A stretch of 64,000 nucleotides of DNA, taken from the IMG/VR virus record IMGVR_UViG_3300046467_000379, positions 2,942 through 66,941 of that record. The stretch is one strand, 5' to 3'. Below are positions 57,301 to 64,000 of this stretch, piece after piece. Origin of the DNA: a virus. Both the position numbers and the translations under genes were made by a program. Below the pieces are notes generated by a model. The model saw nothing but the letters and a program-made list of their open reading frames with translations, did no database searches and was not told the origin of the DNA. Numbering within the stretch: position 1 is the stretch's first letter; each line of letters begins with the position of its first letter.

Positions 57301-60300
57301 CTTTATATAGATGCATTCTCGGTGAACCGTTTGGGCCTAGACCTTCTGTATTTAACTGGTCTGTGGGCCATACATCTCCCATCACATCGGCATAATCACC
57401 ATTCAGAAAGTTATTCGTCCATGTCCAAAAATCTGGTTTTGATTCTCTACGTGTTGCAATCTCCTGTTCTTCAGGAGTTTGTCCAGCTTCGGGAATCACT
57501 CTTGCAGGGTCATGTTCAGCCGTGGGATTCCCTAAATATGTTTGATAATCATTCCATGCATTACCATACGCCCCATCCATTGACCCCTCATGTTCTAGCT
57601 TGAATCTTGCTTTGTCTTCCTCATGAGTAGTTTTCCATAAACTTGAGCGGTTATAGTCCTGTGCTAAGTCCGAATATGCTTCACCAGTTTCGGGGTCAGT
57701 ACCTTCCAAACCTTTCAAATTAAGCAATGCTTGAATTGTATTTACTCCTTTCCAAATATCCCCATACTTTAATCCATGCCCACCCTCTCTATCATAATCC
57801 TTCCGACTAAGCATATGAAAGCCTGGGTAACCAGTAGCAGGGTCTACCAATCCTTGGGAATATAGAGCGTCTACCCACTCCCACGCATTAGGATGGATAT
57901 ATATATCATCGCCCAATTGACTTTTGCTTTGGTCATATATACCACCTCTATAGGCAGGATGGTCTTCGGGCAATGTTGTATTATATGTCAGCCTTTCCTG
58001 AGTATTAGGGCCAAGTAAATTCTCAGGCCAAGCATTGGCATCGCCTTCGGCACTAGCGTTTGTAAAGGCCTCTAAATCGGCTTCAGTATATGGTTCATTC
58101 GTAGCTGGGTTGATTAGGTTACTCGCTTCACCCATAATAATAGGCATAGTTTTATCTGGGTCAGGTAACCTATACCGCTCTATTCTATCAGTAGTGAGGC
58201 CCAACAATCCCCCAAATTTTTTAAGGTATTGTTCTAATACTCCATTATTTTCCATATAACTATTATAGGCATCATTATTAAAACCATCATCCTCAACATT
58301 TATATCGTAGTAATATGGGTCATCCTCACGGTTGTATGTACCAAATCTACGAGATAGAGAATCTGGGTGATTTCTATTACTAGAAGCCTTGAATATCTTC
58401 AACAGTCTCAAGAACATGTCATTAAGGTGTGTTTTGCTTTCTTCAGGAGACATGTCCTTTAAGAGTGTGCCTTCTTCATTGCGAAGAGGGTCTATGTCTG
58501 CTCCCTCTACAAACTCACCATTTTCCCAAGAAGGCATTTCACGGGGGAGGAGCAGACTTTTCTTTCTCTCTGCTTGGTCTACCCCTTCAGCATAAGTGTC
58601 TACTTCTTTATGGGGATATTCGTTCATGTATGCTTCCCATCCTTCGGAAGTCATATCAGAAATTTGGTCAGCAGTAGGGGTAGTTGGTTCAGGGTCAGCA
58701 GTTATAACTGTCCCTTCATCACTTTCTTCTACTGTGCTATTGGGGTCTTCGTTTTCATTTCGTTCTGTATTAATAGCTGTTGTGGGAACATGGCCTGTTA
58801 AAGACCCATCCGTATAAGCTGCCATCATTGCAGAAAATACCGTGTCATTTAGGGGTTGTGCCTTGTTACCTCTAGCACTTTGAGCTTGAGTACGTATTGC
58901 GTGAGTTAATAGAGCCTCCCAAGGTTTACCAGCCTCAGCCCACTCATAATTCCGTCTATCGCCCATACTCCCATCTGTGTTCTCTTTATTAACCAGTCCT
59001 AACTTGCGTAGAGCATTAAACTGCCCAGCCTTTAATTGCGGGTTATTCCCCCAACCTTCCTCAGCCGTTGGAAGATTTATATTGTAATTTCCAGCATTAG
59101 CCCTAATCAAGTCATTTAATGCTGCCAAGTCAAAGGCAGGAACGCCTTCAGTAGGCGTAGCAGTCTCTTGGGTTCCCACAGGAGGGGTTTCCGCAGAAGG
59201 AGTTCCTCCAGCTGGGGTATCGTCCTCAACCAAACCTTCTGGGGCTGCATCGGTACTAGGGGCTGCATCAGGTTCAGGGCCATCATCAATTAGGGTGTTC
59301 AAGACAGGAGGGGCATATGCATCTTCTTCCCTAGTCCCCTCCGGTGCTGCATCGTCAACTATTTGGTTTTGTTCTTGCACAAAAGGATGATTTGCGTATT
59401 TACTGAAGCCTTGAGTAATTAAAGGGGATATGGCACCAGTACTGGGGTTTGTATACTCATCCACAAAATCTAATAGTACAGGGTTTGTTCTCCCTATTAT
59501 ATCCTCTAACTTACGTCCAGGGCTATCTTTTAACTCCTCTAGAAAAGGAATCAAATCTGAAAACTTTCCTGAAGCAACATTTAAAGCTTGATACAACAAA
59601 CCTAATGGCATTGTCTTATCTTTACCAAAACTATGGTTAACTATTAAACCAGGGTCAGCAAGTGGGTTCTGGTTCTCAGGAAAATCCCAAAATCGTTTCT
59701 GTTCATTTAATTCCTTTACATTAGTAATAAACGCTTTATAGTTATCAATATTGTCTATAAGCGATTGTTCATACGGGGCGTGAGAAGCCACTTCTTCCTC
59801 GTTTCCATTATCTGGAGCCTCTTCCGCTTTGCCAATATGTGCATTATATTTGCGTTCTATAGTCTCTAAATCGTCTACGCCATCTATCTCGTTCATCATA
59901 TCGGTAATACTGTCTTTCTTATCACCACTTGAGGATTCAGCATGAGTCGTTAGAAAACCTTGTAAATTCTCTAAGTCTATATTAAAAACATTGTTGATGA
60001 GTTCAGCATGAGGTTTCCAGTTAGCTACAAACCTTTTTACTTTATTAAGAACGTTACTCTCAGAGTGCCCAAATAAACCACCTCTGTTATTATCTCCCGT
60101 ACCTTCCAAGGCCCGTTTAAATTTTTCTATGTCAAACTCCGAAGGTTCGTCAGCCTTTTGTATAAAGTCAAAAAGCTTCTCCAAAGCAGGAGTCTCATCA
60201 AAGCCAAGAGCTAACGCTTTTTCGTTATTACGAAATTGTCTAGCCCGTTGTTGTGCTTCAGCCCACACTTTTTCAATGGGGTTATACGCATGGTTTGGGT

Positions 60301-60343
60301 CTGTCATCAAGGATGCAAAAATGTCTCGTTCTGATATGGGCAT
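54323..60343 (-). CDS. Giant 2006-aa acidic protein of unknown function (candidate internal/ejected virion protein)
   Basis: Uninterrupted 6-kb ORF with SD AAGGTG and its own promoter motif; no recognisable catalytic motif. Confidence 0.75.
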   Translation of the reverse strand: MPISERDIFASLMTDPNHAYNPIEKVWAEAQQRARQFRNNEKALALGFDETPALEKLFDFIQKADEPSEFDIEKFKRALEGTGDNNRGGLFGHSESNVLNKVKRFVANWKPHAELINNVFNIDLENLQGFLTTHAESSSGDKKDSITDMMNEIDGVDDLETIERKYNAHIGKAEEAPDNGNEEEVASHAPYEQSLIDNIDNYKAFITNVKELNEQKRFWDFPENQNPLADPGLIVNHSFGKDKTMPLGLLYQALNVASGKFSDLIPFLEELKDSPGRKLEDIIGRTNPVLLDFVDEYTNPSTGAISPLITQGFSKYANHPFVQEQNQIVDDAAPEGTREEDAYAPPVLNTLIDDGPEPDAAPSTDAAPEGLVEDDTPAGGTPSAETPPVGTQETATPTEGVPAFDLAALNDLIRANAGNYNINLPTAEEGWGNNPQLKAGQFNALRKLGLVNKENTDGSMGDRRNYEWAEAGKPWEALLTHAIRTQAQSARGNKAQPLNDTVFSAMMAAYTDGSLTGHVPTTAINTERNENEDPNSTVEESDEGTVITADPEPTTPTADQISDMTSEGWEAYMNEYPHKEVDTYAEGVDQAERKKSLLLPREMPSWENGEFVEGADIDPLRNEEGTLLKDMSPEESKTHLNDMFLRLLKIFKASSNRNHPDSLSRRFGTYNREDDPYYYDINVEDDGFNNDAYNSYMENNGVLEQYLKKFGGLLGLTTDRIERYRLPDPDKTMPIIMGEASNLINPATNEPYTEADLEAFTNASAEGDANAWPENLLGPNTQERLTYNTTLPEDHPAYRGGIYDQSKSQLGDDIYIHPNAWEWVDALYSQGLVDPATGYPGFHMLSRKDYDREGGHGLKYGDIWKGVNTIQALLNLKGLEGTDPETGEAYSDLAQDYNRSSLWKTTHEEDKARFKLEHEGSMDGAYGNAWNDYQTYLGNPTAEHDPARVIPEAGQTPEEQEIATRRESKPDFWTWTNNFLNGDYADVMGDVWPTDQLNTEGLGPNGSPRMHLYKEDSARSDNHRQPLVKRSDRMERWGFAPEIIGAAVQEEAVAPSPDAVTTTSPVTEPVVADAAPAAGTAEVAPPEPELSGWGQENHKWVWIANKNNPLEGDWEWKEPSAEETLLAGTGLMVEGNQFDEPEVPESISTRNEQIRQILGQQFGKDYEEQAQNDPDLQEEIDGEIGSMLRHHGNNRLEEEHDKRVIQVRRKARDKAKLRAETEEAKSTKTLTDADKPIEADELERMLAAYKSAVENTGIPVDEDMENYMRMNAASTPKQFRSDYGAALKANAKHIADSNKRQLQVDANDIEGYRGILPLQQMPTQDDVTTQIRRLEYWKNKHGEHMTDATRKIWNQRWQEISQAAANIPDFDMNEFIASDKAQAEQDNVEYGGEEHLKTAGKAHVKEMHGEAAYMKAVGEGGALRSNRNHKPWLVIKYDSNGAGTVHDLRQRDERTGEWGKEIDPNSLEFDEDTHYFDYNETPGNQPQPSAAEKFWSKVDRYANFRPLDHRGALERFDNDDTKFAKTKNLLGEQGVQHGWFHPESGAWINPHRYNDVRDELAAAGAGSGMMIPAGEHYHGSHRANGQGEPNPRYAFARRGKAKTAQMNNNNDLSYYVDSQGNINHADAEWSAVQQKDKTQPQTVNDVIHDYHSQQFYNYFTQTADSFKDNQGNFLTGKVLRPQNPPQTPPQAPLQMQLLKDVLRGDALERRRRQASTEPQSQPGSKDLMSDELGHSGEFWGRNQEYRQRYQDVINYPGSGIVGWLGGIINPFAVTSDVSAGGIGRGVKGVVSRALGSKDPAFEAIRRIRRQYRVDAEAEQRTKDVMDKLEMHGKPMRYLSPGEAQARAQDMKDLRNHVSKRGKWHQQEAVKMAAERAKRGTGAAKSQEHQNHDEENLKFQNINNQLNGLNSELDSDWEHINRLYDQHMGNQQVQDKFAPHPSEGDGSWASRFENPPQEYQPSQAGQPPSGGLSGLIGDDSPQSSQLQGLVGDDSGNRQQNTLQGLIA

Positions 60344-60363
60344 GAATCACCTTCATAGTAGTA

Positions 60364-60398
60364 GGGGGTCACTGAAAGAAATATCTACGGTGACCCCC
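60364..60398 (-). promoter_or_regulatory. GC-rich hairpin in the 5' leader of the giant gene
   Basis: Plus strand GGGGGTCACTG...CGGTGACCCCC inverted repeat between the promoter motif (60418) and the SD. Confidence 0.5.
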
Positions 60399-60412
60399 CA
60401 TTGTTTCCCTAT

Positions 60413-60426
60413 AATATATTATACCT
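60413..60426 (-). promoter_or_regulatory. Putative late promoter GGTATAATATATT
   Basis: Copy of the repeated motif. Confidence 0.5.
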
Positions 60427-60431
60427 AGATG

Positions 60432-61337
60432 TTAGAAGAAACTTTGAGAATTCTCCTCCAAATCATTTATGCTTGCATTTGGGGATAGCTGTCCAACTAC
60501 AAACTCCTCTCCCACGTTATCAGGTTGAATCCCTTCCTTCTCAATCATGATGCTACGTAGGGCTTCCTTACGCCTGTTTGCCCGTCTATCCATTGCCCCA
60601 TAGTAATCATCATTATCGTCATACAAGAACTGAAGTTCCTGATGTTCAAAGAATTCATACAGTCTATCGGGATGTGTCGAGAACCCCATCCATGATTGTA
60701 CGTCCATACCGAATCCTAGCTGTGTAACAGTGATTCTGGATGTCAGTCCTAGTAAGTCTCCTGTAACTCCATGAAACAATCCTCCACCTGAGTTACCGAA
60801 TATACTTGGCGCGTTTTGCATTATGTATGCCTTCTGGTCAATCATCTCCCGCAGATAGGTAATTGTACCTGAATTCGGGAATGGGTCATGGAGCAAGCTG
60901 CAACCAGAAACCCACACGGGGTCTGCAATCTGTAGCTTGGATATCTCTGATTTCGGAATTACATTGGCTACATACGGCATTTGTTTCTTGCTATGCAAAC
61001 GTACCGCTGCTATGTCATGGTTCTTATCGTATGCAATGATATCTGCTTTGATTGAGTTGGCCGAAATTACTTCGGAGTTATCGTAATCAAACATTTCAAT
61101 AGCAACTTCTGAGGTGACATCTCGTTTTACTTCGCGCTTTAGAACGGTGTCCCATTCATCTTTAACGGTTACATTCTTCGCAATAACGTGTTCACATGTT
61201 AATGCAATGTTAATGAATTCTCCAGGGTGTTTGGAATCTTCTTTGCTGTATATCAATACACCTGAACCACCTGAATCTGAAGCCCGTACCCTACTTACTG
61301 GATATAGTATTTTCTCATGCACATCTTTTACTTCCAT
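60432..61337 (-). CDS. Trypsin-like (HtrA-type, PDZ-less) serine protease
   Basis: GSGVLI, LTCEHV (His), DIAAVRL (Asp), GNSGGGLF (Ser). Confidence 0.88.
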   Translation of the reverse strand: MEVKDVHEKILYPVSRVRASDSGGSGVLIYSKEDSKHPGEFINIALTCEHVIAKNVTVKDEWDTVLKREVKRDVTSEVAIEMFDYDNSEVISANSIKADIIAYDKNHDIAAVRLHSKKQMPYVANVIPKSEISKLQIADPVWVSGCSLLHDPFPNSGTITYLREMIDQKAYIMQNAPSIFGNSGGGLFHGVTGDLLGLTSRITVTQLGFGMDVQSWMGFSTHPDRLYEFFEHQELQFLYDDNDDYYGAMDRRANRRKEALRSIMIEKEGIQPDNVGEEFVVGQLSPNASINDLEENSQSFF

Positions 61338-61347
61338 CCTTTCCTCC

Positions 61348-61635
61348 TTATACTCCTGTATCGTCTACTATAATATATGCCCCATTAAAAAATTCTTCCA
61401 TCTCTTTGCTAAGATAGGTGGAATCCACCCATTCTACTGCCGTTTCTTCGTCAATACCATCTTCAACTGCTAATTCTACTAAGCGTATATAACTATATAC
61501 TGGTATGGTTTTCTTGTCAACCCGACACACTCCAAGTAATGCCTCTTTAAATTCTTGCAAGAGTTCTATGTCCATAGGGTCATTATCGGAGTTCTCTTCT
61601 ACCACAATCTTTTCAATTCTGTCTACTTTCGCCAT
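61348..61635 (-). CDS. Hypothetical acidic protein (95 aa)
   Basis: SD GGAGG; FKEALLGV..PVYSY..EETAVEWV pattern. Confidence 0.65.
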   Translation of the reverse strand: MAKVDRIEKIVVEENSDNDPMDIELLQEFKEALLGVCRVDKKTIPVYSYIRLVELAVEDGIDEETAVEWVDSTYLSKEMEEFFNGAYIIVDDTGV

Positions 61636-61766
61636 TTGGAACCTCCCTCTAGGTTCTTACCTTTTTTATTCGCCTGCTTTAAGCATTGGGGACAAAACTG
61701 CCCTACCGCCGTATCAGCATGGCGTTTCCTATCACACTTCACACATTTGACCCAAGACTTCTTCAT
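61623..61766 (-). CDS. 47-aa zinc-finger protein (below the ORF-track cutoff)
   Basis: MKKSWVKCVKCDRKRHADTAVGQFCPQCLKQ...; ATGA overlap with the upstream gene. Confidence 0.62.
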   Translation of the reverse strand: MKKSWVKCVKCDRKRHADTAVGQFCPQCLKQANKKGKNLEGGSKWRK

Positions 61767-62005
61767 CCCACATGTTCCTCATTCGCATTCAAATTAACTT
61801 TAAACCAATCAACGTAACAATACCCACATATAGGCCCAGAGTTGTAATTGCTATCTCCATCAACTGCAATTACAATTGGATTGTTGGTTGTAAATGTATG
61901 TCCTCTAGGACACGAATATAACTTGGAAATCGTAGATTCTTCATCTACCTGTATAAGTTCTTTATTAAATCTCATACCATTAGCCATCATCTTGTTCACT
62001 ATCAT
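61763..62005 (-). CDS. Small zinc-binding protein
   Basis: CPRGH...CGYC; SD GAGGTG. Confidence 0.62.
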   Translation of the reverse strand: MIVNKMMANGMRFNKELIQVDEESTISKLYSCPRGHTFTTNNPIVIAVDGDSNYNSGPICGYCYVDWFKVNLNANEEHVG

Positions 62006-62069
62006 ATTGTCACCTCTTAACTCTCATCTACTAATATTATACTACATATTTTTGATTTTGTATCGCTTA

Positions 62070-62279
62070 TTAATTGAAGTTCTTTGCATAAGGATTTACC
62101 AAATAATTCGGCAAGTTTAACGGGTACTTCATATGCAAGGCACCCCAAATTGAACTAATAAGATATGTTGCTGCCATCGCATCTAATTCATATTTGTCCA
62201 TTAGATATGTCATGGCATTAACTGGTTCATCTGGATAATGTTGGATTACTTCAGGAATTAGTTTATCAACTTGTAACAA
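62070..62279 (-). CDS. Hypothetical protein (69 aa)
   Basis: SD GGAGG upstream; first gene of the minus-strand block, after the motif at 62314. Confidence 0.5.
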   Translation of the reverse strand: MLQVDKLIPEVIQHYPDEPVNAMTYLMDKYELDAMAATYLISSIWGALHMKYPLNLPNYLVNPYAKNFN

Positions 62280-62383
62280 AAAAGAATACCCTCCCAGGAA
62301 TGTGTCTAATACTATTATACCTATATATTCTAAATATATTTTATATTATATAATGCGATTTTTATATTATGCTTGATAATGGG

Positions 62384-62412
62384 TTGACACAGCTACTAAG
62401 CTCATATATAAT
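62384..62412 (+). promoter_or_regulatory. Consensus sigma70 promoter with no downstream ORF
   Basis: TTGACA-17 nt-TATAAT. Confidence 0.78.
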
Positions 62413-62418
62413 AAATAT

Positions 62419-62497
62419 GTGGTGAATATCTTCCTCCATTAATAGAGAGAGGGAATTATAGGAGTGGTGACCTATATTTCTCTCTTTTCTATTTTTT
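62419..62497 (+). ncRNA. Candidate small RNA of about 80 nt (anti-SD-like seed, long hairpin, U-tract)
   Basis: Downstream of a perfect promoter; CTTCCTCC, then hairpin 62441-62493, then TTTTTT. Confidence 0.4.
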
Positions 62498-62660
62498 CAA
62501 AAAATTTTATTTTTAGAGAGGCACCTACCTTAATATAAATTTTCAATTTTGAAAAAATTGCTTGTAACAGGAAACTACCTAGGCTAGAGTAGGTACCCTA
62601 GAGAGTTACGCACAACCCAGAGGGGGGTAGGGGGGTGGGGGTATACCCCTTGTGTACACA
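62492..62660. other. Candidate genome terminus / packaging-site region
   Basis: A/T tracts, G-tracts GGGGGGTAGGGGGGTGGGGG, adjacent palindromes GGGGTATACCCC (62638-62649) and TGTGTACACA (62651-62660) at the strand switch. Confidence 0.35.
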
Positions 62661-62752
62661 CAGGTGTAGAATATGTGGGGGCAATTGTTATCAACCCTAA
62701 TTGGGTATATGATAAATACATAGGCACCTGTATTATTAACTCTAATATCGCC

Positions 62753-62781
62753 TTGACATTGTTTATAATACCCTATATATT
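62753..62781 (+). promoter_or_regulatory. Sigma70 promoter for the first plus-strand gene
   Basis: TTGACA-17 nt-TATATT. Confidence 0.72.
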
Positions 62782-62839
62782 GGAGTGGCACCAGTGGAAT
62801 CACTTCTTCTGGTGACATTTAACCGCTAAGGTGAAAGTC

Positions 62840-63367
62840 ATGGCAACCGAATCTAAGGAAACTCCCATCCAGAGAGCCAGAGGAATCGTCCAGAGAGCCA
62901 TATATGAATCCATGAAGGATATGGTCAAGGGGACAGCCAAGCGTGGGAAGGTAGTCATCCAGCTTGCCAAACGCTACAAGATTGCTAGGGTCACGGTTAA
63001 CAAATATTTCAGGCAAGAGGAACTCCGCATAGCGACAGCTATAGCCGAGTTTGAGGCCACTCCCAATCTTGAGCCTGAGATTGAGTTTGAGGACACTGAT
63101 TTTGAGTACGCTCCAAACGTACCGCCTGAAGGCCTCAAGGACGCCGCTGAGTACGTTCGACGTGTTGGAGGCTTCAAGGTGGACAATTTCGGCACAGGGG
63201 ACGCCACCTGGCCTTGGGAAGGCGCAAGCGTAGAGATTGAGCAAATGACCAATAATGAAGTAGTAATTCATATGACCGTCACTATCTCTCAAGAGCAAAT
63301 GATTGAGACGGTGTTGGGACTCATGACCAAATCAAACATCGGCTTTACTTCAAAGCTGATAGGTTAA
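62840..63367 (+). CDS. Putative early protein with an HTH-like N-terminal segment
   Basis: SD TAAGGTG before ATG 62840; VIQLAKRYKIARVTVNKYF; has its own promoter and terminator. Confidence 0.72.
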   Translation: MATESKETPIQRARGIVQRAIYESMKDMVKGTAKRGKVVIQLAKRYKIARVTVNKYFRQEELRIATAIAEFEATPNLEPEIEFEDTDFEYAPNVPPEGLKDAAEYVRRVGGFKVDNFGTGDATWPWEGASVEIEQMTNNEVVIHMTVTISQEQMIETVLGLMTKSNIGFTSKLIG

Positions 63368-63382
63368 CGAGCCTTAGCGGGT

Positions 63383-63413
63383 AAAACCCTGGCCTTCGGG
63401 TCAGGGTTTTTTT
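63383..63413 (+). terminator. Intrinsic terminator
   Basis: AAAACCCTGGCC-TTCG-GGTCAGGGTTTTTTT with a C(UUCG)G tetraloop. Confidence 0.9.
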
Positions 63414-63439
63414 GTGTGTGGCGTAAAGCTCCCTATGAT

Positions 63440-63471
63440 AAAAACAAGATATGGGGCTTTCGCCCCATTTT
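63440..63471 (-). terminator. Intrinsic terminator for the convergent minus-strand gene
   Basis: Minus strand ATGGGGC-GAAA-GCCCCAT followed by ATCTTGTTTTT. Confidence 0.68.
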
Positions 63472-63472
63472 C

Positions 63473-63877
63473 TTATGCTCCCATTCTACGCTCCGCTTCA
63501 TACTCTGCATAGCTCTCTTGCCTATCCTGAAGGCATTCTTCTACTATTCGCCTTTCCTTTGGATGTCTGGGTACTGGTATAACGTTTGCGCCTTGGCAAT
63601 GCTCACATCGCACATCGTAGTCATGATTGCGGTATCCCTCTGCAAAGTCTGGGTCTTCGTCAAAGTCCTCCCGCGATAACCCGTGTCTGTCGATGCTAGG
63701 ATTGACATACGCGCCTCTCCCGTCGCAAGTGGTACAGACTACCATATCTACCTCAATAGGCTGGTAAATCGGCTCTCCGTCCTCATCTTCTGTACCGTAT
63801 CCCTGCATATGTGCGACACGTCCATCCGTCCAAATCCACCAACGCTCACTGCTTGCCAAGTCTCGATGGTCAACCAT
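63473..63877 (-). CDS. Protein with a DnaJ-type CxxCxGxG zinc finger
   Basis: CTTCDGRG ... CEHCQGAN; SD GAGGTG. Confidence 0.75.
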   Translation of the reverse strand: MVDHRDLASSERWWIWTDGRVAHMQGYGTEDEDGEPIYQPIEVDMVVCTTCDGRGAYVNPSIDRHGLSREDFDEDPDFAEGYRNHDYDVRCEHCQGANVIPVPRHPKERRIVEECLQDRQESYAEYEAERRMGA

Positions 63878-64000
63878 AGGGACACCTCGATAAATAAAAT
63901 TAGACCTCTAAAATGTACCACACACCACAGAAAGAGGCAATATTCTTCCCTATGATAAATTCATGGGTTGCTGATTGGTGGCTCACAGGCCACCATTTAA

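Noticed and set aside
61636-61762. tRNA or ncRNA in the apparent gap
   Set aside because: No cloverleaf or T-loop motif; the gap is explained by a 47-aa zinc-finger ORF
1166-62120. Numerous plus-strand ORFs in the track (e.g. 3597-4082, 43120-44091, 49895-50623)
   Set aside because: They are antisense shadows of well-supported minus-strand genes, with no recognisable motifs or SD context
62622-62641. G-quadruplex
   Set aside because: Only three G-runs are adjacent; a canonical intramolecular G4 is not clearly supported
62819-63298. Minus-strand 159-aa ORF and the 62606-62818 ORF
   Set aside because: The first is antisense to the plus-strand gene that has promoter, SD and terminator; the second crosses promoter and G-tract DNA and yields low-complexity sequence
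1-64000. Stop-codon reassignment
   Set aside because: TAA, TAG and TGA all end genes at sensible boundaries and core genes are full length under the standard code

Overview
A 64-kb segment of a large tailed dsDNA phage (Caudoviricetes). It is siphovirus-like: tail tube and tape measure are present, with no sheath gene. The standard genetic code is used, and no integrase, lysin, tRNA or CRISPR array is visible. From 1 to about 62.3 kb every credible gene is on the minus strand. In transcription order these are: a trypsin-like protease and very large acidic/disordered candidate head-internal proteins; a cluster of modular tail-fibre genes with 2OG-Fe(II) oxygenases; neck and tail genes, including a -1 frameshift chaperone; a replication/recombination block (sigma factor, DnaB, primase, SSB, PolA, RecA, DUF559, Cas4-like nuclease, RuvC); and TerS, TerL, class II RNR (NrdJ), portal, metallophosphoesterase, scaffold, HK97-fold capsid and an HK97-type prohead protease that runs off the left edge and is missing from the ORF track. 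At 62.3-62.8 kb an AT-rich and G-tract intergenic region with consensus sigma70 promoters marks a strand switch into a probable early region or genome end. Most notable observations: (1) the head-assembly machinery carries grafted Cys metal modules (HiPIP-like 4Fe-4S domain on the protease, HMBD-like CPxH..PGxCP..C insert in the portal, Cys-rich TerL tail, DUF1540-like gene next to terS); (2) a recurring hydrophobic-x-Lys motif in head-associated proteins suggests protease-processed cargo; (3) a -10-only RGTATAAT(A)TA motif is repeated about 10 times; (4) there is a candidate anti-SD small RNA and an early gene whose RBS can pair with its own 3' end. All assignments come from motif recognition by eye; no database search was run.
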